This document shows, in pieces, positions 57,002 through 64,000 of a stretch of DNA of 64,000 bases. How positions within the stretch are numbered: the stretch's first letter is position 1; each line of letters begins with the position of its first letter. Both the position numbers and the translations under genes were made by a program. The stretch comes from a candidate division WOR-3 bacterium (GTDB lineage Bacteria; Hydrothermota; Hydrothermia; LBFQ01; DSFT01). Location of the stretch: assembly GCA_965649115.1 (NCBI GenBank), contig CBFGJN010000002.1, positions 987 through 64,986 of the forward strand. Direction: 5' to 3'. The notes beneath the pieces are model-generated. The model saw only the letters and a list, made by a program, of their open reading frames with translations, searched no databases and was not told where the DNA came from.

Positions 57002-58210
57002 TTAGACAAAATAAAACAAAAAAATTCCTAACATTGCAGAAAATGAACTTGAAATAAAATTTGTTAAGTTATTTGAAATTATTCCTTTCCTTTCAATTGT
57101 TGCTCCAATTATAGAATCAAATAAATTTCCCAAAATTCCCATTAAAAAAATAAAAAACCAATTTTTATGAAATAACGAAATGATTAAACTTCCTAAAATT
57201 CCACCTAAAAAACCAATTAAACTAACTCCACCTGATGTTCCCTTTTCAACCTCTTTAAAATTTGTAATTAAATAGGCTTTTTTTGAGAATTTCATTCCAA
57301 ATTCAGTTGAAAATGTATCACTACACATAGAACTAACAGCACAAAGATGAGCAAAGTAAAATATATCATTAGGGTAAAACATGTTTAAAATACTTAAAAT
57401 AAAACTAATTCCACCATTAGCGATAACTTGAAATAAATTTCTTTTTGTTTTTTTGTCATTTAATTTTGATAATAATGAGCCAAGAACTAAAAATAATAGT
57501 AGTGGAATAACCCATTTAAAACCCCCAGCATATAAAATAAAACTTCCAATAATAAATGTTGTTATTGAAGCACTAAAATCAAGCCAATTAAAAACTAATG
57601 AAATAAAAGCGATTAAGAATGCGAAGAATATAGCACTTATAAAAAATTCTAACTTAACATTCAAAATTAAAATTGAAAAAATAACAATAAGTAAATTATC
57701 TAATCCCCTCTTTGAAATATATTCAACAAGTGTTAAAAAAATTGAGAAAACTATTGAAAACAATAAATTTTTTGAAAAGTAAAACGAAAATAGAAAAGTT
57801 AAAAATAAGAAAACTAAACTACCAATTATTGTTTTTTCATTTTTATTTATTCTACTTCCAATTAAGGCACAAATTGGGTCTGAAAAAAACATAGGAAAAA
57901 GTGTCAAAAAATATAAATTTTTATTATCGTAATAAATTATTGTTGAAATAAGAACAGCTAATGGATATAAAACTGTTCCGAAATTTCCTTCTTGGTCATA
58001 TTTTGTAATTTTTAATTTTAGTCCTAAGAAATTCAAAATTGTAAAAATAAAACACAAAATAATCATTTCTTCTTTACTTAAAAAATAACTTGAAATAACA
58101 ACACCTATTGAAATTAAAATATGTAAAATTTTTCTTGAAATAAAAAGGTCTTTAATAAAAATTTGGACAAAAATAATTGAAGCTAAAATATAAATGAAAA
58201 ATAAAATCAT
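57002..58210 (-). CDS. Integral membrane protein: polyprenol/phytol-kinase-like N-terminal half fused to DUF92 (TIGR00297) C-terminal half
   Basis: N-half FSDPICALIGSRINKNEKT resembles a dolichol/phytol kinase motif. C-half has KGTSGGVSLIGFLGGILGSLI, typical of DUF92. Confidence 0.45.
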   Translation of the reverse strand: MILFFIYILASIIFVQIFIKDLFISRKILHILISIGVVISSYFLSKEEMIILCFIFTILNFLGLKLKITKYDQEGNFGTVLYPLAVLISTIIYYDNKNLYFLTLFPMFFSDPICALIGSRINKNEKTIIGSLVFLFLTFLFSFYFSKNLLFSIVFSIFLTLVEYISKRGLDNLLIVIFSILILNVKLEFFISAIFFAFLIAFISLVFNWLDFSASITTFIIGSFILYAGGFKWVIPLLLFLVLGSLLSKLNDKKTKRNLFQVIANGGISFILSILNMFYPNDIFYFAHLCAVSSMCSDTFSTEFGMKFSKKAYLITNFKEVEKGTSGGVSLIGFLGGILGSLIISLFHKNWFFIFLMGILGNLFDSIIGATIERKGIISNNLTNFISSSFSAMLGIFLFYFV

Positions 58211-58213
58211 TTT

Positions 58214-59089
58214 TTAAATAACTTCTCTTGGTTTTAGATTTAAAATATCCCAAATTTCATTTTCAACACAAGTATTTCCTTCAAGTAGCATTTTAATCTG
58301 TTCATCACTTGCAGGAAACAATTCAAAATATCTAAAAATTCTCGCTATCGGTAAGATAATAAATTTTGGAATATAAATTGGAATTATAAATTTATTTTTT
58401 GATTTTGCTACTGCCTTAACAAAATCAACATATTTCCATTCTTTATTTCCACAAATATGAAAAATTCTTTTATATGTTTTTTCATTATTTATACTCCTTA
58501 CGAAAATTTCTGCAACATCTTCTCTATGAACAGGACTAATTTTATATTTACCATCTGAAAAAATTGGAAAGAAAATAAATTTAGATAAATCAAGGATTAA
58601 TTTTTTAAAATTAAATAACTCATCATCATCTATTATTAAACTTGGTCTAAAAATTGTCCAATTTAAATCAGTTTTTTTGAGATATTCTTCTGCCATATAT
58701 TTTGTTCTTTGATATGTAGTTCCATTTTCTTTAACACCATTTGCACTCATTAAAATAAATCGTTTTATATTTAATTTAATTGCTAAATCAATTGTTTTTT
58801 TAGCCCAATTGTAATGATAATCAATAAATTTCATATTTTTTTGTGGGAATTCTCTTATCAAACCAATTAAATAAATAACACAACTTACATTGTAATTTTT
58901 AATTTCATTTTCATAATCTTGAATATTTTGAACATCTCCAATTATAAATTTTACTTTATCTTTTAAATCTCCAAGTTTTCTTATAGATTTTTCTCTTATT
59001 AGAAGGATTGGATTATAATTATATTCCAAAAGTTTTCTTGTTATAGCTTTTCCTACAAAACCGCTTCCTCCAACAACAAGCACATTCAT
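58214..59089 (-). CDS. NAD(P)-binding epimerase/dehydratase-like SDR (NmrA/NDUFA9-like)
   Basis: VLVVGGSGFVGKAI Rossmann motif. Confidence 0.75.
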   Translation of the reverse strand: MNVLVVGGSGFVGKAITRKLLEYNYNPILLIREKSIRKLGDLKDKVKFIIGDVQNIQDYENEIKNYNVSCVIYLIGLIREFPQKNMKFIDYHYNWAKKTIDLAIKLNIKRFILMSANGVKENGTTYQRTKYMAEEYLKKTDLNWTIFRPSLIIDDDELFNFKKLILDLSKFIFFPIFSDGKYKISPVHREDVAEIFVRSINNEKTYKRIFHICGNKEWKYVDFVKAVAKSKNKFIIPIYIPKFIILPIARIFRYFELFPASDEQIKMLLEGNTCVENEIWDILNLKPREVI

Positions 59090-59949
59090 CTTTTTCTCCT
59101 CCTTTTATAAATTTGCTTTTTTATATCTTTTAAAAGTTCGCCATATGATGTATATATTTTTCTTCTTAAATTTGGTTTTTTCCCGTACATTGGTCCTCCC
59201 AAAAATAATATGCAGTTTATTTTATTACAACTCTTATCTAAAATGTCTATACTTTTTTCAAATTTTTTATTATCAACAACATAAACTGCTGAAATTATTA
59301 AAAATTTAGGTTTTTCTCTTTCAATTGCCTTTATAATATCAGAATAAGGCGTGTTTGAACCTATATATACAACATTATATCCTTCATAATTTAAAATAAA
59401 ATCAATAATTCTCAAAGGTATTTCGTGAATATCACCTTCAAGTGAAGTTATTATAAATTTTATTTTCTTTTTCTTTTTAAATGAAAATAAATTTTTTAAG
59501 TTTATAATTGATTCAATAACTTTTGATGATGCAATGTGTTCTTGATCTACACTAATTTCTCCTTTTTCCCAAAGCAAACCAAGTTCAAACAAACTCTTGC
59601 TTATAATTAAATCAAATGCTTTAACAATTCCAAATGAAAATATGATTACTTTTAATAAGTTTTCAACTTCTTTTTGACTTTTATTTAACATGTAATTTAG
59701 TAATTGTTTTGATAATTCTTCATAATCTTCAAAAATAATATAAGTTAATGTGTTTGTATCAGCATTTGAAAAGCCAGCTAAATCAGTTATTTTATTTTCT
59801 CTTATAAACTTTATAACTTCTTCAATAGGAAATCTTCTATGACCACCAATTGTTTTATGAAATTTTAGTAATCCTTCTCTTGACCAATTTTTTATCGTCG
59901 CTTCACTAACACCTAAAATTTTTGCAATATCTTTGGTTTTTAGAAACAT
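59086..59949 (-). CDS. CarH/LitR-type MerR-family regulator with B12-binding domain (light-responsive)
   Basis: MerR HTH (IAKILGVSEATIKNW), a W-x9-EH motif (WEKGEISVDQEH) and a Rossmann B12-binding motif (EGDIHEIP). The start was set at the Met after a CCTTTAAAATTATCAAA box because the track start at 60021 is over-extended. Confidence 0.7.
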   Translation of the reverse strand: MFLKTKDIAKILGVSEATIKNWSREGLLKFHKTIGGHRRFPIEEVIKFIRENKITDLAGFSNADTNTLTYIIFEDYEELSKQLLNYMLNKSQKEVENLLKVIIFSFGIVKAFDLIISKSLFELGLLWEKGEISVDQEHIASSKVIESIINLKNLFSFKKKKKIKFIITSLEGDIHEIPLRIIDFILNYEGYNVVYIGSNTPYSDIIKAIEREKPKFLIISAVYVVDNKKFEKSIDILDKSCNKINCILFLGGPMYGKKPNLRRKIYTSYGELLKDIKKQIYKRRRKR

Positions 59950-60032
59950 TTTGATAATTTTAAAGGATAAAATCGCTAAAAAAGATAAAAAAGAAAAAAA
60001 AGATAATTTAGGCTTTAACATTTTAAAACTTT
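59950..60032. promoter_or_regulatory. Divergent promoter region between the carH-like operon (-) and crtI operon (+). It contains TTTAAAA boxes for both directions.
   Basis: CCTTTAAAATTATCAAA precedes the corrected carH ATG (read on the minus strand). CATTTTAAAACTTT precedes the crtI ATG. A-rich direct repeats lie between. Confidence 0.45.
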
Positions 60033-61484
60033 ATGAGAGCTATTGTTGTAGGTTCTGGAATAGGTGGATTAGCAAGTGCTATAAGGCTTAAAAAGCTTGG
60101 ATATAAAGTTATTATTCTTGAAAAAAATGATATTATTGGTGGTAGAATGGGTTATATTGAAAATAATGGTTATTTCTTTGATACAGGTCCAACATTACTT
60201 TTAATGTTAAAACCTCTAATTGAACTATTTAAAGAAGTTGAAGAAAATATAAGTGATTATCTTAATCTTATAAAAATTGACCCTCTTTACAGAATATATT
60301 TTAATGATGGGAATTTTCTTGAACCATCAAATGATCTAGCTTATTATGTTAAACAGGTTTCATTAAAGGAATTTAAAAATTTACTTAAATTTTATTCAGA
60401 CATAACTTACATGTATAACGATACAATTTATAATTTTGTAGAAAAAAATTATTATTCAATTTTTGACTTTATAAATTTAAAAAGCTTAAAATTACTTCTA
60501 AAACACAGAATGCTTGATAATCTATATAATAGGGTTTCAAGTTATTTTAATGATTATAGACTTATTTTTGCTAATACATTTCAGAGTATGTACCTTGGAA
60601 TATCTCCTTTTAGTGCTCCATTTGTATATACAGTTGTTAATTATATGGAGGCTATTGAGGGGATATATTATCCAATAGGGGGTATGTATCAAATTGTTAA
60701 AGCTCTTGAAAAAATAATAAATAAAATGAATATAAGAATTTTAAGGGAAGTGGAAGTTAAAGAAATAGATAAAAAAACTAATACAATATACACAAATAAA
60801 GGATTTTTTGATGCTGATGTTATTATAGTGAATGCTGATTTACCATATGCTAAAAGTGAATTGTTAAATGAAAAATTACCAAATTATGAGTACTCTTGCT
60901 CAACGATAATGCTATATATTGGTTATGAAGGTTCAACAAATATGCTCCATCATAATGTATTTTTAACAGACAATTATAAACAATCATTTGATAGTATTTT
61001 TAAGAAAGGAACTATACCAAATGATTTGTCATTTTATGTTAATATATCTTCAAAGACTGATGAAGGTCAAGCTCCTAAAAATTCTGAAAATATATATATT
61101 TTAATTCCTATTCCTAATTTAAAAGTTTTAAGAGAAAATTTAAATGAAAAATTAAATGAGATTATAAATAAGGTTTTTGATAGACTTGAAGGTCAAACGA
61201 ATTTTAGAAGAGAAAGAATAAAATTCATCGTAAAAAGGACACCTTACGATTGGCAAAGTTTATATAATCTTAAATATGGTTCTGCTTTTGGCCTTTCACA
61301 TAAATTTTTACAAAGTGCATATTTTAGACCAAAAAACTACGAAAAGGAAGGTATTTATTATGTGGGAGCTTCAACAATTCCAGGAAGTGGAATTCCTATG
61401 GTTTTAATATCTTCAAAACTTGCTATACAAAGAATTATAAAGGACTTTAATAAAAAGGAGTTAAAATATGAATTATCTCACTAA
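60033..61484 (+). CDS. crtI: Phytoene desaturase family (CrtI-type)
   Basis: N-terminal FAD motif VVGSGIGGLASA and C-terminal GASTIPGSGIPMV. Confidence 0.85.
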   Translation: MRAIVVGSGIGGLASAIRLKKLGYKVIILEKNDIIGGRMGYIENNGYFFDTGPTLLLMLKPLIELFKEVEENISDYLNLIKIDPLYRIYFNDGNFLEPSNDLAYYVKQVSLKEFKNLLKFYSDITYMYNDTIYNFVEKNYYSIFDFINLKSLKLLLKHRMLDNLYNRVSSYFNDYRLIFANTFQSMYLGISPFSAPFVYTVVNYMEAIEGIYYPIGGMYQIVKALEKIINKMNIRILREVEVKEIDKKTNTIYTNKGFFDADVIIVNADLPYAKSELLNEKLPNYEYSCSTIMLYIGYEGSTNMLHHNVFLTDNYKQSFDSIFKKGTIPNDLSFYVNISSKTDEGQAPKNSENIYILIPIPNLKVLRENLNEKLNEIINKVFDRLEGQTNFRRERIKFIVKRTPYDWQSLYNLKYGSAFGLSHKFLQSAYFRPKNYEKEGIYYVGASTIPGSGIPMVLISSKLAIQRIIKDFNKKELKYELSH

Positions 61485-62250
61485 AATAATTTTATTTATA
61501 TCATTATTGATAGGGATTTTTAGTATTCTGGGCTTTTATATACTAAAATTCTTTCCAATTTTAACAAGAGATGTTTCTTATCTTATTCCTTTCTTTATTA
61601 AATTTGGTGCAATTGGATTTACCTTATCAACTATTGTTTGTTCGTTTATTATTAGCATAAGTTGTTTTGGATTTTTTAGGACGCTTTTATTATTTTCAAT
61701 ATCATTTATAACATCTTTAACCATGGAATTATCTTCAACTTATAATGGATTTCCATTTGGTAATTATAAATATACTGATTTTTTGGGTTATAAAATTTTA
61801 AATGAAGTTCCTGTTATTATTCCACTTTCTTGGTTTTCAATTGTTTCATTATCTTATTTAATGGCTAAACGATTACTATTTAATGGATTTAGTTTAGTAA
61901 TTGCTTCAACATTATTTGGATTTTTTTGGGATTTATCTTTGGATTTTGCTATGACTAAAACTTATCCATTTTGGTATTGGATAGATAAAGGTTTTTTATA
62001 TGACATGCCTATAAAAAATTGGGGTGGTTGGTTATTTACATTATTTATAATAAATTTTGTATTTTATGTTTTAAGTGGAAATAGTTCTGAAAGATATTCA
62101 AAATATGTTTTTTATTTGTATCTTTTAATTGTTGGATTTAGTGTTTTAATGTCATTATTAGGGGGTGGTATAGTTCCCTTCGTTTTTGGGGTTTTGGGAA
62201 TTTTGATAATAATTTCAATTTCAATGATAAGAAATGTGAAACTATGGTAG
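61468..62250 (+). CDS. Polytopic membrane protein of the carotenoid cluster (function unknown; possibly a carotenoid-modifying or cyclase-like membrane protein)
   Basis: Six to eight predicted TM segments. Position between crtI and crtB is the only functional hint. Confidence 0.35.
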   Translation: MNYLTKIILFISLLIGIFSILGFYILKFFPILTRDVSYLIPFFIKFGAIGFTLSTIVCSFIISISCFGFFRTLLLFSISFITSLTMELSSTYNGFPFGNYKYTDFLGYKILNEVPVIIPLSWFSIVSLSYLMAKRLLFNGFSLVIASTLFGFFWDLSLDFAMTKTYPFWYWIDKGFLYDMPIKNWGGWLFTLFIINFVFYVLSGNSSERYSKYVFYLYLLIVGFSVLMSLLGGGIVPFVFGVLGILIIISISMIRNVKLW

Positions 62251-63515
62251 ATTATAAGTTTTTTGAAAAAATTATATCTAAGCATGCAAGTACATTCTAT
62301 TTAGCAAGTTTAAGTTTGCCTAAACATTTAAGGTACGATTTTTGGGTAATTTATAGTTATTGTAGATTGGTAGATGAGATTTCAGACCATTTTTTTATAA
62401 TTAATGATAAACAGAAGGCTTTGGATGAAATATATAAAATTAAAGAAAATTTAATTTTAGCCTTTGAAGGAAATTATAAAAAGGATAATAAAATTTTTTT
62501 AGGATTAAAAGAAATTTTTAGAAAGTATAAATTTGATATAAGCCCATTTCTTGAACTCATTGAAGGCGCTATTTGGGATATTGAAGGTATTGAAATTGGA
62601 AATTTAGATGATTTAATGAATTATTCAAAATTGGTTGCTGGATCGGTTGGAGCTATGTTATTTCCAATTATTTCAAATTATAAAGATGAAGATATTTTAA
62701 AATCTGCTTATAATTTTGGAATTTTTATGCAAATTGTAAATATTTTAAGAGATGTTGGAGAGGACTATAAAATAAGGAGGAGAATTTATATCCCTAAAAC
62801 GATTTTAAATGAATTTTCAGTAAAAGAATTTCATATAAAGAATGGCTTAATTACACCAAATTATGTTGATATGTTAGAATTTCTAATGGAGATTGCTGAG
62901 AAATTATTTTATGAAAATGTTGATAAAATAAAATTTTTAAGAGAGGAAATAAGAAAAGCTATTTATAGATCGGGCATTTGGTACCTTGAAATTTTAAATG
63001 CTATAAGATTTAACAATTACGATAATATAAATAAGAGAGCTTATGTGAATAAATTTTTTAAGTTTTTAAGTTTGTTTTTTGATTATAGAATTAAAAAGGA
63101 GATTTTAAAAAGAACTATAAAATTTAAATTTTTGAAATTTGAAGAAAAATTTGATGTTAAAAAAGATGTAATTGTAAGTTTTCATTCTGATTTTTCAAAT
63201 GCTAGTGTAAATTTACCATTTGGAAAAATTATTACTAATGATAGTAAAATAGAAAATGAAAAAATTATAGAATTTATAGTTGATTTTGGAATTTTCAAAA
63301 AGAAATTAAAATTATTTATTATTGAATTTAATGAAGATGAACTTGTGGATTATTTTGAAAATTGGTTTCATATTCACAGATTTTATGATAATAAAGTTAT
63401 TGAGATTATAGCATATAAAATTCCTATTCCAAAATTCATAATGAAACTATTTTTAAATATAAGATATAGGAGGTTGAAAGATGCGATTAGTAAGTATATT
63501 TTCAAGAGATTTTAG
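62244..63515 (+). CDS. crtB: Phytoene synthase (squalene/phytoene synthase family) with ~120 aa C-terminal extension
   Basis: Asp-rich motifs YCRLVDEISD and NILRDVGEDYKIRRRIYIP. The extra C-terminal domain has unknown function. Confidence 0.8.
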   Translation: MVDYKFFEKIISKHASTFYLASLSLPKHLRYDFWVIYSYCRLVDEISDHFFIINDKQKALDEIYKIKENLILAFEGNYKKDNKIFLGLKEIFRKYKFDISPFLELIEGAIWDIEGIEIGNLDDLMNYSKLVAGSVGAMLFPIISNYKDEDILKSAYNFGIFMQIVNILRDVGEDYKIRRRIYIPKTILNEFSVKEFHIKNGLITPNYVDMLEFLMEIAEKLFYENVDKIKFLREEIRKAIYRSGIWYLEILNAIRFNNYDNINKRAYVNKFFKFLSLFFDYRIKKEILKRTIKFKFLKFEEKFDVKKDVIVSFHSDFSNASVNLPFGKIITNDSKIENEKIIEFIVDFGIFKKKLKLFIIEFNEDELVDYFENWFHIHRFYDNKVIEIIAYKIPIPKFIMKLFLNIRYRRLKDAISKYIFKRF

Positions 63516-64000
63516 ACTTTTGGATAACAAATTGTTTGAAGGTTATGAAAATAATGAGATAATTCCATTATTCTTGTTTGATGATTTTAATCAGGCTGAA
63601 CACGGAATTAACTTAAAAAGTTTATTTTTTAAAACGGTTGAAAGTTTTGAAGAAGAGCTAAAAAAATTGAATAGTCATTTATATAAAATTAAACTTGAAG
63701 ATTTTGGAAAATTTTTAGATATTTCAAAGCCTGATGTTGTTAGAGTTTGTTATGATAGTGAGCCAAGGACACTACAAAGAATAAAGTTTGTAGAAAATGA
63801 GTGTTTAAAAAGAAATATAAAACTTGAAAAAATTTATCAATTTTTAATTGAGCCTAAATTTGAAAAATTTAGTTTCATTAGTTTTTCACAATTTTATAAA
63901 AAGTTTAAAGATGAAAATTTTGGGAAAATTATAGAAAAACCCAAATTTTTAATAACTCCTAAAATTAACATTGATGAGATTGAAATCCCAAAAATAAACA
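63481..64000 (+). CDS. Deoxyribodipyrimidine photolyase/cryptochrome family (N-terminal part, truncated by window end)
   Basis: N-terminus LVSIFSRDFRLLDNKLFE matches the photolyase alpha/beta domain start. GGAGG RBS. The ORF runs open to the window end. Confidence 0.65.
   Translation, partial: MRLVSIFSRDFRLLDNKLFEGYENNEIIPLFLFDDFNQAEHGINLKSLFFKTVESFEEELKKLNSHLYKIKLEDFGKFLDISKPDVVRVCYDSEPRTLQRIKFVENECLKRNIKLEKIYQFLIEPKFEKFSFISFSQFYKKFKDENFGKIIEKPKFLITPKINIDEIEIPKIN

Noticed and set aside
59950-60032. A-rich direct repeats (AAAAAGATAAAAAAGAAAAAAAAGATAA) as a CarH operator
   Set aside because: Low-complexity A-runs are common in this genome. No clear 11-bp periodic ACA-type half-sites can be asserted by eye.
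60019-60035. Start codons of divergent carH-like and crtI genes apparently only 11 bp apart (CAT TTTAAAACTTT ATG)
   Set aside because: The 60021 start over-extends the regulator by 24 codons. The MerR HTH begins at the Met at 59949, which is preceded by the CCTTTAAAATTATCAAA box, leaving a normal 83-bp divergent control region.

Overview
This is an AT-rich (about 28% GC) bacterial chromosomal window with roughly 67 genes on both strands, most of them housekeeping. Translation-related genes suggest a low-GC, probably thermophilic lineage with FCB-like secretion tails. Several internal genes carry GGAGG ribosome-binding sites, while the first genes of operons do not. Recognisable genes include dxr, guaA, sppA, thiD, a crotonase gene with a biotin-carrier gene, sbcDC, a pgsA-like transferase gene, tRNA-Asn, a DsbA-like gene, a BtuF-like binding-protein gene and an amino-acid permease gene. 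Further along are tsaC/sua5, an rsmB-like methyltransferase gene, ruvX, an mtnA-like gene, an S9 peptidase gene, a Tat-signal Fe/Mn SOD gene, an AroK/AroB-like fusion gene, polA, a fadN-like gene, a lone nuoH-like gene, yjbQ, a proline dehydrogenase gene and a degenerate Ser/Thr kinase gene. The remainder includes obg, tRNA-Lys, uppS, the FBP aldolase/phosphatase gene, clpC, an rpsT-fur-rpsF-ssb-rpsR-rplI block and pyk. At the 3' end is a CarH-type B12/light-regulated locus with crtI, crtB, a photolyase gene and an epimerase/polyprenol-kinase operon. The most unusual signal is non-coding. Essentially every intergenic region, including those between convergent genes, holds one or more copies of two related 60-120 bp repeat modules (called A and B here). 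The modules carry short GC hairpins and end in mutually inverted terminal motifs, TTACTAGACACAGC at one end and TTATTGGACAAAGC at the other. The gene-proximal terminus supplies a -35-like TAGACA/TGGACA. About 16-25 bp downstream sits a near-palindromic TTTAAAATTTT box whose TAAAAT falls at -12 to -7 relative to the start codon of first-in-operon genes. This predicts widespread leaderless mRNAs. Both tRNAs in the window sit exactly 2 nt upstream of an ATG, consistent with tRNA-punctuated leaderless transcripts. Other items worth follow-up include a kinase-like protein with HKN in place of HRD that is operonic with proline dehydrogenase, tandem OmpA-like paralogues with a shared unknown N-terminal domain, and an AroK/AroB fusion with substituted catalytic residues. 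An isolated NuoH homologue also stands out. No CRISPR array, rRNA or obvious transposase gene was seen.
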